Below are positions 1 through 8,501 of a stretch of DNA of 64,000 nt, piece by piece. The notes under the pieces were generated by a model that worked only from the letters and a program-made list of their open reading frames with translations, was not told where the DNA came from and did not search any database. The position numbers and the translations under genes were made by a program. How positions within the stretch are numbered: position 1 is the stretch's first letter; each line of letters begins with the position of its first letter. The DNA is from Eubacteriales bacterium. GTDB taxonomy: Bacteria; Bacillota; Clostridia; Christensenellales; Aristaeellaceae. The DNA lies in NCBI GenBank assembly GCA_031552735.1, contig JAVBMF010000026.1, positions 747-64,746 of the forward strand, in the 5' to 3' direction.

Positions 1-402
1 GTGGATCGCGTACGCGCCGAGTCGCTGTCATTAAGCGCCATCACCGGCTCGCTGCAAGCCACGCGCACCGCCGCAAAGGCGCTGAAGGTGCGCAATGTGT
101 CGGGCACGATCGGCGTGTATGACGCGCAGGCGGAAACCGTCAAGGTGACCACCGCCGCTGGGGATGCGACGCTGACCTTTGAGCAGCCGTTCGCGTCGAT
201 GGATGTGCAGACCGCGACCGGCGCGGTGCGCGTGACGCTGCCCGCAAACAGCGTGGACACCAGCTTCCGCTCTGTGACCGGCAAGCTGAACCTGAAGGGC
301 TTTTCCACCGGCGGGGAGGGCGCGCCCGCTATTTCGATCACGTCGGTCACCGGCGATGTGACCCTGCGCAGCAAGAGCGAAGAAACCGAAGAAGATCAAT
401 AG
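1..402 (+). CDS. C-terminal part of a DUF4097-like beta-repeat (putative adhesin) protein; 5' end lies outside the window
   Basis: The frame is open from the window edge to a stop at 400-402. It has iterated short beta-strand repeats (AITGSLQA, VSGTIGV, TATGAVRV, SVTGKLNL, SVTGDVTL) typical of DUF4097. Confidence 0.6.
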   Translation: MDRVRAESLSLSAITGSLQATRTAAKALKVRNVSGTIGVYDAQAETVKVTTAAGDATLTFEQPFASMDVQTATGAVRVTLPANSVDTSFRSVTGKLNLKGFSTGGEGAPAISITSVTGDVTLRSKSEETEEDQ

Positions 403-428
403 ATTACGAATCATTGGAGGATACACGC

Positions 429-773
429 ATGGGCAAGGGCGGATTTCCCGGCATGGGCGGCATGGGTGGCGGCAACATGCAGCAACTGATGCGCCAGGCG
501 CAGCAGATGCAGCAGAAGATGGTGGCGCTGCAGGAAGAACTGGACGCGCGCACCTATGAGGCCAGCGCGGGCGGCGGCATGGTAACCTGCCAGATCAGCG
601 GCAAGCGCGAGCTATTAGCGCTGGCCATTAAACCCGAGGCGGTCGATCCCGACGATGTGGAGATGCTGCAGGACATGATCCTGGCGGCGGTCAATGAGGC
701 GCTGCGCATCGGCGAACAAACCCGCGAGAACGAGATGGCCAAGGCCAGCGGCGGCATGGGCGGGTTGTTCTGA
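429..773 (+). CDS. ybaB: Nucleoid-associated protein YbaB/EbfC
   Basis: ATG 429 is preceded by GGAGG at 416-420. The ~114-aa protein has Gly/Met-rich ends, a QQMQQKM coiled segment and the core [44 protein letters not shown]. It sits immediately upstream of recR, the conserved synteny. Confidence 0.9.
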   Translation: MGKGGFPGMGGMGGGNMQQLMRQAQQMQQKMVALQEELDARTYEASAGGGMVTCQISGKRELLALAIKPEAVDPDDVEMLQDMILAAVNEALRIGEQTRENEMAKASGGMGGLF

Positions 774-775
774 CC

Positions 776-1375
776 ATGGCCGGGCAAGTAGAGCCATTAC
801 AGCGCATGGTGACGCAGTTGGCGCGCCTGCCGGGCATTGGCCCGAAAACCGCGCAGCGGCTGGCGTATTTCATTGTCGGCCAGCCCGAGGAGCAGGTGCG
901 CGAGCTGGCGGCGGCCATCTGGCAGGGGCGCAAAGCGATCCGCTATTGCTCGGTGTGCGGCAACTACACCGCCGATGATCCATGCCCGATCTGCGCCGAT
1001 GACAAGCGCAAAAACGGCATCCTGTGCGTGGTGCGCGATCCGCGCGATGTCGCGTCCATTGAGCGCATGCGCGACTATCGCGGCGGATATCATGTGCTGC
1101 ACGGCACGATCTCGCCGATGGAGGGCATTGGCCCCGAGGACATCCGCATCCGCGAGCTGCTGGCGCGCGTGGGCAGCGAAACCGTGCAGGAAGTCATCCT
1201 AGCCACCAACCCGGACATCGAGGGCGAGGCCACCGCCGCGTACATCGCGCGGCTGCTCAAACCCATGGGTATACTGGTTACGCGCATCGCGCATGGCCTG
1301 CCCATCGGCGCGGATTTGGAGTATGCCGATGAGGTGACGCTGGCCAAGGCCATCGAAGGGCGCAGGGAAATGTGA
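776..1375 (+). CDS. recR: Recombination protein RecR
   Basis: 199 aa. It has the HhH motif [18 protein letters not shown], the Cys4 zinc finger CSVCGNYT...CPIC and a Toprim segment ([12 protein letters not shown]). There is a 2-nt gap after ybaB. Confidence 0.95.
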   Translation: MAGQVEPLQRMVTQLARLPGIGPKTAQRLAYFIVGQPEEQVRELAAAIWQGRKAIRYCSVCGNYTADDPCPICADDKRKNGILCVVRDPRDVASIERMRDYRGGYHVLHGTISPMEGIGPEDIRIRELLARVGSETVQEVILATNPDIEGEATAAYIARLLKPMGILVTRIAHGLPIGADLEYADEVTLAKAIEGRREM

Positions 1376-1562
1376 CCCAGCCTACCCCAACCGGCTGATC
1401 TGCGGTGTCGACGCTGCGCCCGTCTTGTCGGCGTATTGGCCATACGCCTCCGGCGAACGGGCTTGCGATCTCCTAGCATCTCAGCCATTTGGGGCAGTCT
1501 GGCGGTTTTCGAACAAATTAGTAACCCAGCCTACCCCAAACGACTGATCTGCGGTGTTGGGC
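1375..1562 (+). repeat. Copy A of the dispersed structured intergenic repeat, plus a partial tandem re-duplication of its first ~39 nt
   Basis: 1375-1413 and 1524-1562 are near-identical (ACCCAGCCTACCCCAA[C/A]CG[G/A]CTGATCTGCGGTGT[C/T]G). 1397-1486 shares the blocks ATCTGCGGTGTC, TTGTCGGCGTAT-loop-ATACGCCTCC and CTCCTAGCATCT with 57649-57740 and 15111-15200. The inner hairpin is 1430-1448 and the outer stem GCCCGT/ACGGGC is at 1418-1423/1457-1462. Confidence 0.8.
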
Positions 1563-1734
1563 TGCGGGCTGCGAGCTTTCATAAAATAATGAGCGCGATG
1601 AAGCAAATTGCTTTCGTCGCGCTTTTGCTTTGTCCCCGGCGTGTATGAAAACGTGGACACCTGCGTATCAATAAAGCATGGCCGTATGCCAAGCAGGCAT
1701 GGCGCACAAAACCGAGTGAAAGAGGATGAGCGGA

Positions 1735-2322
1735 ATGAACACACTGCAAAAGAACTGGGTATTTATCGCGATGCTTGCCCTGGTACTGATCGTGGCCTGC
1801 GGTTGTACCACCACCACGGAGGTGCCGCCGACAACGCAGCCCACCGTCATGGCCAGCCCCTCCCCGGCGGCCACAGTCGCCGTCACCACATCCCCGGCGG
1901 CATCGCCGGAGGCCGCGGGCGCCGAGTTGACCATCACGGTCGATGGCAATGCGCTCACCGAGAAGGGCATGAACAAGGGCGGCGTCAACTGGCTGCCGGT
2001 CGAGCCGGTGGCCAAGGCGCTGGGCTATACCGTCACCGAGAACAGCATCGAGGAGAACGGCGCGCCGCGCAAGAGCGTCACGCTGGTCAAAGGCGACGAC
2101 ACGGCGGGCACGGTCAAAATCAGCTATACGGTCAAGGACAACACGATCGCCGATGTCACCGTGACGCGCGGCGGCACGACCATGACCACCACCGCGCAGA
2201 TCACCGATCCGATCATGATGGACGGCGATACGCTGTATGCCAGCGAGAAGTTCTTCACCGATGTGCTGATGGCCAAGGTGGAGGTCAGCGGCAACGCGAT
2301 CACCGTGGGGATGCCGACCTGA
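1735..2322 (+). CDS. Secreted lipoprotein with a copper-amine-oxidase-N-terminal-like (stalk) domain
   Basis: It has a signal peptide with the lipobox LIVAC, a Thr/Pro/Ala-rich linker, then ITVDGNALTEKG...WLPVEPVAKALGYTV, which resembles Cu-amine-oxidase-N-like domains. ATG 1735 has better spacing to the GAAAGAGG RBS than ATG 1726. Confidence 0.55.
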   Translation: MNTLQKNWVFIAMLALVLIVACGCTTTTEVPPTTQPTVMASPSPAATVAVTTSPAASPEAAGAELTITVDGNALTEKGMNKGGVNWLPVEPVAKALGYTVTENSIEENGAPRKSVTLVKGDDTAGTVKISYTVKDNTIADVTVTRGGTTMTTTAQITDPIMMDGDTLYASEKFFTDVLMAKVEVSGNAITVGMPT

Positions 2323-2341
2323 TACGCTTTCGAGCGCCTGT

Positions 2342-2366
2342 ACCTGCCTTCGGGCAGGTTTTTTTG
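2342..2366 (+). terminator. Rho-independent terminator after the lipoprotein gene
   Basis: Hairpin ACCTGCC-TTCG-GGCAGGT followed by a run of seven T. Confidence 0.8.
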
Positions 2367-2384
2367 TTTCCCGCGCATTGCGAG

Positions 2385-2413
2385 TGGACAAGCCCTGCCC
2401 AATGGAGTAATAT
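2385..2413 (+). promoter_or_regulatory. Candidate sigma-A promoter for tdk
   Basis: TGGACA, a 17-nt spacer, then TAATAT, about 40 nt upstream of the tdk start. Confidence 0.35.
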
Positions 2414-2453
2414 GGTATCAGAACGGTGGGCAACCGCCCCGTGGGAGGATGGC

Positions 2454-3077
2454 ATGCTGCGTTTTTACTTCGGTGTGATGGGCTCGTCCAAGAGCGCGAT
2501 GCTGCTGATGCAGCGCTACAACTACTTGGAGCTCAATCAATGCGTGGCGCTGATCAAGCCCGCCATCGATACCCGCGTGGGGCGCGAGATTGTGTATTCG
2601 CGCGTGGGACTCAAGGCGCACGCCGATTTGGTCTGCGACCAAGACACCGACCTGATCGAGCAGATTCGCTGGTTTGAGGCGTATCAGGGGCGCAGGCTGC
2701 AACATATTTTCGTGGACGAGGCGCAGTTTTTGACAGAGAAACAGGTGATGGCGTTGGCCGAACTGGCGCCGGAGTATGAAATCCATTGCTACGGGCTCAA
2801 GACCGACTTTCTGGGCAACTTTTTCCCGGGCTCGCAGGCATTGCTGCGCTTCGGCGATTCGTTCCAGGAGCTGGAGGCCAGCCTATGCTGGTGCGGCGCG
2901 AAGGCTACAATGAACACGCGCGTGGACCAGCACGGCACGGTGATCAAGCAGGGCGAGCAGGTGCTGATCGACGACGGCACGCAGATCAGCTACGTCGGTC
3001 TGTGCTACAAGCATTGGCGGCTGGGCGTGTCGCAGCCGCGCGTGCCCGTGCCCAAGAAGCGGAAAAGGAAGATCTAG
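2454..3077 (+). CDS. tdk: Thymidine kinase
   Basis: ATG 2454 follows GGGAGG (2443-2448). It has the P-loop GVMGSSKS, the VDEAQF motif and the Zn-ribbon cysteines (CWCG...GLCYKHW). The long upstream extension of the tracked ORF (1608-) has no support. Confidence 0.9.
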   Translation: MLRFYFGVMGSSKSAMLLMQRYNYLELNQCVALIKPAIDTRVGREIVYSRVGLKAHADLVCDQDTDLIEQIRWFEAYQGRRLQHIFVDEAQFLTEKQVMALAELAPEYEIHCYGLKTDFLGNFFPGSQALLRFGDSFQELEASLCWCGAKATMNTRVDQHGTVIKQGEQVLIDDGTQISYVGLCYKHWRLGVSQPRVPVPKKRKRKI

Positions 3078-3085
3078 CCAGTATG

Positions 3086-3111
3086 CGGCGCCCATCCGGC
3101 GTCGTTTTTTT
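3086..3111 (+). terminator. Rho-independent terminator after tdk
   Basis: A 7-bp stem CGGCGCC/GGCGTCG (one G-U pair) with loop CATCC, followed by TTTTTTT. Confidence 0.6.
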
Positions 3112-3184
3112 GTGTCTTTTTGGGGTAATCGTTGCACCGATTGCGCACAATAAGCCATCGAATCCAACGCAAAGGAGATCCGCG

Positions 3185-5560
3185 ATGGCTGTGCGAGCAA
3201 TCATCATGGCGGGCGGCGAAGGCACACGGCTGCGCCCGCTGACCTGCGATGTCCCCAAACCCCTGGTGCCTGTGCTGGACCGGCCAGTGATGGAATATGC
3301 GCTGCAACTTTTGAAACGGCACGGCATCACCGAGGTGGGCGCGACGCTATTCTACCTGCCCGAACGCATCACGCAGCACTTTGGCGACGGCGCTGCCTGG
3401 GGCGTGTCGCTGCGCTACTGGCAGGAGCAGACGCCGGTGGGCACAGCGGGCAGTGTGCTGATGGCGCGGGATGATCTGGACGATACATTCGTGGTGTTGT
3501 CAGGCGATGGGCTGACCGACTGCGACTTGACAAAGGCGCTGGATTTTCACAAGCAGAGCGGGGCAGTGGCCACGCTGGTGATGAAGCGCGTGCCTGTGCC
3601 GCTGGAGTACGGCGTGGTGATCACCGAGGGCGCGGGGCGCGTGCGGCGCTTTGTGGAGAAGCCGGGCTGGGGCGAGGTGTTCAGCGACACCGTCAACACC
3701 GGTATTTATATTTTGCAGCGCGAGGTGCTGGACTTGGTGCCTGCGGGGCAGAGCTACGACTTTGGCCGCGATCTGTTTCCGCAATTGGTGGCGCAACAGA
3801 AGCCGGTGTTCGGCTGGGTGATGGACGGCTACTGGTGCGATATTGGCAACCAGGAAGCCTACGTGCAGGCGCAGGTGGACTTCTTGCAAGGGCATGTGGC
3901 GCTGGACGCGGCGCTAAAGCCCGACGACGAGGGCCGCTGCATCGCATCTGATGCCAGGATCGCGCCCGATGCGGTGATCACCGGCCCTTGCTGGATCGGC
4001 GGTGGCGCGCGCATCCTGTCCGGCGCGGTGATCGGCGCGCATGCGGTGATCGGCGAGAAGGTAACGGTCGGCGCGGGCGCGTCGGTCAAACAATCAGTGC
4101 TGTGGCGCGGCGCGTCGGTTGGGCAGCGCGCGCAGGTGCGCGGTGCGGTCGTCGGCAAAGGCGCGCGCGTCGGTGACGAGGCGCGGCTGTTCGAGGGCAG
4201 CGTGCTGGGCGATGCCAGCGTGCTGGGCGCGCGGGCGCATCTGTCACCTGGCGTGAAGGTGTGGCCGGGCAAACATGTGGACGACGGGCTGCGGCTATCC
4301 GGCAACCTGGTGTGGGGAGACGTGCAGCGCTGGAGCGTGGATGGCAGCGGCGTGATGGCGCGCACGCCGGAACAGGCGGCGATGCTGGGCGCGGCGTGGG
4401 CGCACGCGGTCAAGGCGCACGAGGTGGCGCTGATGCGCGGCGGCGGCGCGGTGGCGCAGGCGCAATACGCGGCGGTCAGCGCGGGGTTGATCGCACAGGG
4501 CGTGCGCGTGACGCTGATCGGGGAGGGCACAGTGCCTATGCTGCGCAGCATGCAGCGGCAGTTGGCAGTGCCTGCGGGCATCTATGTGCACGGCACGCGC
4601 CTGGAGGTTACCGGGAAAATGGGTAGCGCGCCGACCCGCGACGCGCAGCGCAGCCTGGAGACGCTGGCCATTCGCCAGGATTTCCCCGGTGCATTCGAGG
4701 GCACGGCGGTGCTGCCGCGTCACGTGCACGATGCGCAGGCGTTCTACATTGGCGCATTGGCGGCGCGCGCCGATAGCAAAGCGATCGCCGCGTATCCGCC
4801 GCGCATCGCGATCTTTGCGCATAGCGGCATCCAGCAGATGCAGGCCGAGGCACTGATCGAGGCGTTGCACCTGCCGCAAGCGCGCGTGGTGCATGGCGAG
4901 GCGGTGCGCGTGGCTGCGTGGGAGACCGGCTTCCTACTGGCCGCCGACGGTGAGAGCGCGGTGGCGTTCGACAGCGAGGGCATGCCGGACGAGGCGTCGC
5001 AGGCGATGCTGCGCTACCAGGCGCTGCTGGCGGGCGGTGTGACCGAGATGATCGCGCCAGTGCACGCGCCGCGCACGCTCGAGCGCATCGCCACCGATGC
5101 GCAGGCCACAGTGACGCGTGTGAAATCCGCTCGCGAGGCGATGATGCAGGCGCTGCTCGACGCGCCCAGCGCGCAGCAGCCCGAGCGTTTGTGGCAGATG
5201 GATGTGCAGTTCGATGGGCTGGCGGCCATTGTGGCGGTAACCAGCCTGCTGGCGCAGCGCAGCACGACGCTGCGAGGGCTGCTTATCGCGCAGCCCAAGG
5301 TGCAGCGCGCGACGCGCGAGGTGGCCTGCGCGCTGGCTGACAATGGGCGTATCCTGCGCGCACTGGCCGAGGAGGCCGAGAACGCAGATCTGACCGACGG
5401 TCTGCGTGTGGAGCACGACCGCGGTTGGGCGCTGTTGTTGCCGGTCCCCGCGCAAGGCGTGCTGCGCGTGCTGGGCGAGGCGCAGGATGCGGAGTTTGCC
5501 CAGGAGTTGTGTGACCGGTACGCGCGGCGCATCGAGCAGATCGCCAGGGAAAAAATGTGA
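3185..5560 (+). CDS. Sugar-1-phosphate nucleotidyltransferase fused to LbH repeats and a phosphoglucomutase/phosphomannomutase-like C-terminal region
   Basis: ATG 3185 follows AAAGGAG. The N-terminus is MAGGEGTRLRPLTCDVPKPLVPV (the NTP-transferase signature). Mid-region hexapeptide repeats follow (IGGGARILSGAVIGAHAVIGEKVTVGAGASV...), then a ~400-aa C-terminal PGM/PMM-like region. The ORF-track start at 2786 overlaps tdk and is rejected. Confidence 0.8.
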   Translation: MAVRAIIMAGGEGTRLRPLTCDVPKPLVPVLDRPVMEYALQLLKRHGITEVGATLFYLPERITQHFGDGAAWGVSLRYWQEQTPVGTAGSVLMARDDLDDTFVVLSGDGLTDCDLTKALDFHKQSGAVATLVMKRVPVPLEYGVVITEGAGRVRRFVEKPGWGEVFSDTVNTGIYILQREVLDLVPAGQSYDFGRDLFPQLVAQQKPVFGWVMDGYWCDIGNQEAYVQAQVDFLQGHVALDAALKPDDEGRCIASDARIAPDAVITGPCWIGGGARILSGAVIGAHAVIGEKVTVGAGASVKQSVLWRGASVGQRAQVRGAVVGKGARVGDEARLFEGSVLGDASVLGARAHLSPGVKVWPGKHVDDGLRLSGNLVWGDVQRWSVDGSGVMARTPEQAAMLGAAWAHAVKAHEVALMRGGGAVAQAQYAAVSAGLIAQGVRVTLIGEGTVPMLRSMQRQLAVPAGIYVHGTRLEVTGKMGSAPTRDAQRSLETLAIRQDFPGAFEGTAVLPRHVHDAQAFYIGALAARADSKAIAAYPPRIAIFAHSGIQQMQAEALIEALHLPQARVVHGEAVRVAAWETGFLLAADGESAVAFDSEGMPDEASQAMLRYQALLAGGVTEMIAPVHAPRTLERIATDAQATVTRVKSAREAMMQALLDAPSAQQPERLWQMDVQFDGLAAIVAVTSLLAQRSTTLRGLLIAQPKVQRATREVACALADNGRILRALAEEAENADLTDGLRVEHDRGWALLLPVPAQGVLRVLGEAQDAEFAQELCDRYARRIEQIAREKM

Positions 5561-5594
5561 CCGAGCCCTGCAGGCGAAATGCGGCCAAACCCGC

Positions 5595-5623
5595 TTGACA
5601 CAACGATTTTCGGATGCTAGAAT
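5595..5623 (+). promoter_or_regulatory. Near-consensus sigma-A promoter with no protein gene downstream
   Basis: TTGACA (5595-5600), a 17-nt spacer, then TAGAAT (5618-5623). It fires into a 500-nt gene-free, hairpin-rich region between convergent genes. Confidence 0.6.
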
Positions 5624-6122
5624 AAAACTGCAATCCGTCACTGGATTGCGCGCGATCGGCATCATCCGACCGACGCAGTACCAATGATAATTCCTGGGGT
5701 GTGCGCGAGCTGTCAGTTTTTACCCACATTTTCACAAATGGAGCTTTCGTCGGCGCGCGGATGTCAGGCCCCCGTGGCGACACGATTGGGGAAGGCAGAA
5801 GCGCGGCGCGGGGCACCACCCTGCCGAGCGGCGGGTGAAAAGACTGGCGGCGGACGGCACTTTGGGATTATTTTTTATCTCGAGTAAAATGCATGCTGCA
5901 TTTTGCTCGATTGCACGGCGAACGCCGTGACTCGCTTTGCTCGTGGTGGTCGGTGCGTTTTCCCGATGGAAAGCTCCCCGCCCGCGAGGCAGAGCCTCGC
6001 GATACGATTTGACATGAAAGGGGCTCGCCCCCTTTATATATCCCCGGATTGGAAAACATGCTTTACGAATGGTCTGAAGGCTCACCCGTATGTACGGGTG
6101 AGCCTTCTCTCATGGTAACTTT

Positions 6123-8483
6123 TCACGGTATTTGTTTGAGCGACCCAATCCCATGCCAGACGCGCCGCCACACGGCCTTGAGCTTCTGCGGAAGCTTGAG
6201 CGATTGCCACACCACCAGGTATGCGCGCTCGGCGCGGCCGATCACCTCGGCGCTCGGCGCGCGCGCGCCGTAGCGCAGCGTGGATACCGCAGTGGCGACC
6301 GGCGCCAGCTTGCCCTTGCGCTGATCGCGCTGGGCGGCCTCGGCGCGGGCGAAGTAGGTCATCGGCGCTTCGGCGGGATCGGCGAGCATGCCCTGCGCGG
6401 CCAATAATTGACCGATACCCCGATACCAGACCAATAGCTGAACGCTGTTGTCGGACTGGCGGGCGGCGACGCGGCGCGGGTGCGACAGCACAATGCGCAG
6501 GATAAGCGCGGTGAACAACGCCAGCGGAATCAGCCACAGCCACCAGAGCGGTGGGGGCGTGGGTTCAGGCGGATCGGGCGGCAGCGGCGTGGGGGATGGG
6601 GTTGGCGCCGGTTCGTCGGTCGGCGGCGGGGTGGGCGACGGGGTCGGCGTGGGCTCGTCGGGATTCGGCGTGGCCTCGGGCGTCGGGATGGGCGTGGGTT
6701 CCGGCGTGGGCGTGGGCGAGTTGTTGGCGTTGGGCGGCTCCGACGGCGGCGGCGGCGAATCCTCGGGGTTGCCGTGGTCGCCCATCGGCGGCGGCTTGCC
6801 GCTCTGGTCGTCGCCGGTATTGTGCATGGACGGCGTCGGGTCGAACGGCAGCCAGCCGAATCCGTTCAGGTACAGTTCCACCCACGCGTGCGCGTGCTCG
6901 CCTGTGACCTGCGCGACGCCGTCCTCCGGGCGCGCGCTATAGCCCTCGACATAGCGCATGGGCAAGCCGACGCAGCGGCCCATCACCGCCAGCGCCGACG
7001 CGAACGAGGTGCAATAGCCCTTCTTTTCCTCGAGCAGGAACCAGGACACAAAGTCGCGCGTGTTGGGCGGTACGTTTTGCTCCAGCGTGTAGGGATAGGT
7101 CTGGCGCAGATGGCGGGTGAGTGCCTGCGCCTTGCCCAGCGGGTCGGCGATGCCTTCGGTCAGGCTGCTCGCCAGCTGCATGACACCCGGTTCGACTGCC
7201 GGAGGCAACTGCGTATAGCGCGACAAAATGCTGTCGTAGTTGGGATCGTCGGCTTGCGCGCAGGCGGCGACCGCTTCGGCGACGCCTGGGGAATCGGCGG
7301 TGATGGGAAACGCCTCGAAGCTGTATGCATCGGCGGGAACAGTGTTGCGTGTGATGAAAATTTCGCTGGTAACATTGAAATAGGGGACCATCTGGGTGCC
7401 GGTGGTGAGGTCGGAAAAGCGCTGTGGCATGAACAGCGTGCTGACGCCTTGGTTGGCCATATGGATCTCGACCGGTGCCCCGGCGAACAGCGCCGTCGCG
7501 CCGCGTGTGTTGCTATCCGGGCGCTTCATGTCCAGCAGGTCGTCGCGCAGCGTGGCGTTGCGCGGGTCAATGTAGAGGTAGCGCCGTCCGGCGTTGTTGC
7601 CCAGCCAGGTGAGGCCGGTGTAGGTGTCCATGATCGCACCGCGCAGCAGCAGCGGCCGTTCGCTGTGCACCTGCATGACCGATCGCTTATGCGGCGAGGC
7701 GGGGCCGCCCAGTTGCGCCGCGCTCATGGGCATGTAGCCGTCGTTTTGCAGCGAGTAGGGCGAGCGCTGCTCGGTGAAAAACAGGTAATCATACAGCGTT
7801 TGACGCAGGTCGGCGGCGCTTTGCTCCAGCGGTGGGGAGACTAATTTTTGCGCGGGCAGCAACGCGAAAGCCAGCAGCACCGACAGCAGCGCCATCGGCA
7901 GCACGCGTCCTAACGACACGCCCATCTCGGAGGACGCGGCATACAGAATGCACACCGCGATCAGCGCGGGCAGACATAGCGGCAAATGCGCACGGTTGCC
8001 ATAGAACCATACGCCGAGCAGCACCATCAGCGTCATCGCCAGCGCGGGATAAAAGCCGGTGGCGCGGCGCGCCAGCACGTAGCCGGTCAGCGTCATGATC
8101 AGCGCGATCAGCGTGGAGAGGACGCCGGAGTAGAGTTGCAGGCCGACGGTCTGTCCCCGGAGAAACAGCGCGATAGCCAGCGGCAGATCCATCAGTTGCG
8201 GCAGGCGTGGCAGCAGGAAACCGGCACAGACGATCAGCAGCAGCGGCACGCCAACCAGCGCGACCCACCGCCGCACAGACAGCGTGGCCAGCAGTGCCGC
8301 GCACAACACGCAGGCCAGCACTGCGCTGGCCGCGCTGGCGGTCAGTCCCAACGCGGCATGCACAGGCAGCGTCAGGCCGCACCCGAACAGCGCCGCCACC
8401 AGCGCCTGCGTCAGCAGCGGGTGGTTCAGCGGTGTCAAGAGGCGCGAGGCCGCGCTCTGCGGTTTTGTCGGGCGTTGGCTCAA
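6123..8483 (-). CDS. Membrane transglutaminase-like protein (TGase core plus DUF4129-like C-terminus)
   Basis: It has multiple N-terminal TM helices and the TGase catalytic region KKGYCTSFASALAVMGRCVGLPMRYVEGY...HAWVELY...DPTP. A Pro/Thr linker, a TM helix and a C-terminal tail follow. The TTG start at 8483 has GAAGGGA upstream. It is the third gene of the MoxR-DUF58-TGase operon. Confidence 0.85.
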   Translation of the reverse strand: MSQRPTKPQSAASRLLTPLNHPLLTQALVAALFGCGLTLPVHAALGLTASAASAVLACVLCAALLATLSVRRWVALVGVPLLLIVCAGFLLPRLPQLMDLPLAIALFLRGQTVGLQLYSGVLSTLIALIMTLTGYVLARRATGFYPALAMTLMVLLGVWFYGNRAHLPLCLPALIAVCILYAASSEMGVSLGRVLPMALLSVLLAFALLPAQKLVSPPLEQSAADLRQTLYDYLFFTEQRSPYSLQNDGYMPMSAAQLGGPASPHKRSVMQVHSERPLLLRGAIMDTYTGLTWLGNNAGRRYLYIDPRNATLRDDLLDMKRPDSNTRGATALFAGAPVEIHMANQGVSTLFMPQRFSDLTTGTQMVPYFNVTSEIFITRNTVPADAYSFEAFPITADSPGVAEAVAACAQADDPNYDSILSRYTQLPPAVEPGVMQLASSLTEGIADPLGKAQALTRHLRQTYPYTLEQNVPPNTRDFVSWFLLEEKKGYCTSFASALAVMGRCVGLPMRYVEGYSARPEDGVAQVTGEHAHAWVELYLNGFGWLPFDPTPSMHNTGDDQSGKPPPMGDHGNPEDSPPPPSEPPNANNSPTPTPEPTPIPTPEATPNPDEPTPTPSPTPPPTDEPAPTPSPTPLPPDPPEPTPPPLWWLWLIPLALFTALILRIVLSHPRRVAARQSDNSVQLLVWYRGIGQLLAAQGMLADPAEAPMTYFARAEAAQRDQRKGKLAPVATAVSTLRYGARAPSAEVIGRAERAYLVVWQSLKLPQKLKAVWRRVWHGIGSLKQIP
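6549..6800 (-). repeat. Low-complexity Pro/Thr/Glu-rich linker coding repeat inside the transglutaminase gene
   Basis: It encodes ...SPTPTPEPTPIPTPEATPNPDEPTPTPSPTPPPTDEPAPTPSPTPLPPDPPEPTPPP. On the plus strand it appears as iterated GGCGTGGG/GGGGTCGG units. Confidence 0.9.
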
Positions 8484-8501
8484 TGCAAGAAGTCCCTTCT
8501 T

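Noticed and set aside
1579-2433. 284-aa minus-strand ORF overlapping the lipoprotein gene. Many similar long antisense or out-of-frame ORFs occur in the window, for example 15503-16735, 20754-22442, 27166-28449, 34135-35355, 35811-36920, 38814-40097, 46480-47664 and 57767-59053.
   Set aside because: They are Arg/Ala/His/Gly-rich shadow frames, typical of high-GC DNA. Each lies opposite a gene with clear family motifs and a proper RBS, and none has a recognisable domain or Shine-Dalgarno sequence.
1608-3077. 489-aa ORF that would extend thymidine kinase far upstream. The same issue affects 2786-5560, 8502-10466, 10599-11747 and 35193-36869.
   Set aside because: The upstream extensions overlap neighbouring genes or terminators and have junk-like composition. 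Internal starts with good RBS (2454, 3185, 9677, 10773, 35391) give proteins of canonical length.
5700-5870. Possible SRP RNA or cobalamin riboswitch, prompted by GTCAGG...GGGGAAGGCAGAAGC and GGGAAGGC / GGTGAAAAG strings.
   Set aside because: The SRP helix-8 GGAA tetraloop context is absent. The cobalamin blocks are in the wrong order, lack the B12 box, and have no downstream gene to regulate. The region is kept only as an unclassified ncRNA candidate.
5684-5887. 67-aa plus-strand ORF and 117-aa minus-strand ORF (5732-6085) in the gene-free gap.
   Set aside because: Neither has an RBS. Composition is Arg/Ala/Gly-rich with no recognisable motif. The ORFs cross strong hairpins.
6448-6942. Gly/Val/Ser-rich repetitive plus-strand ORFs (6448-6942, 6551-6907) that look like a glycine-rich repeat protein.
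   Set aside because: They are the antisense reading of the Pro/Thr-rich linker of the transglutaminase gene, so this is a mirror low-complexity artefact.
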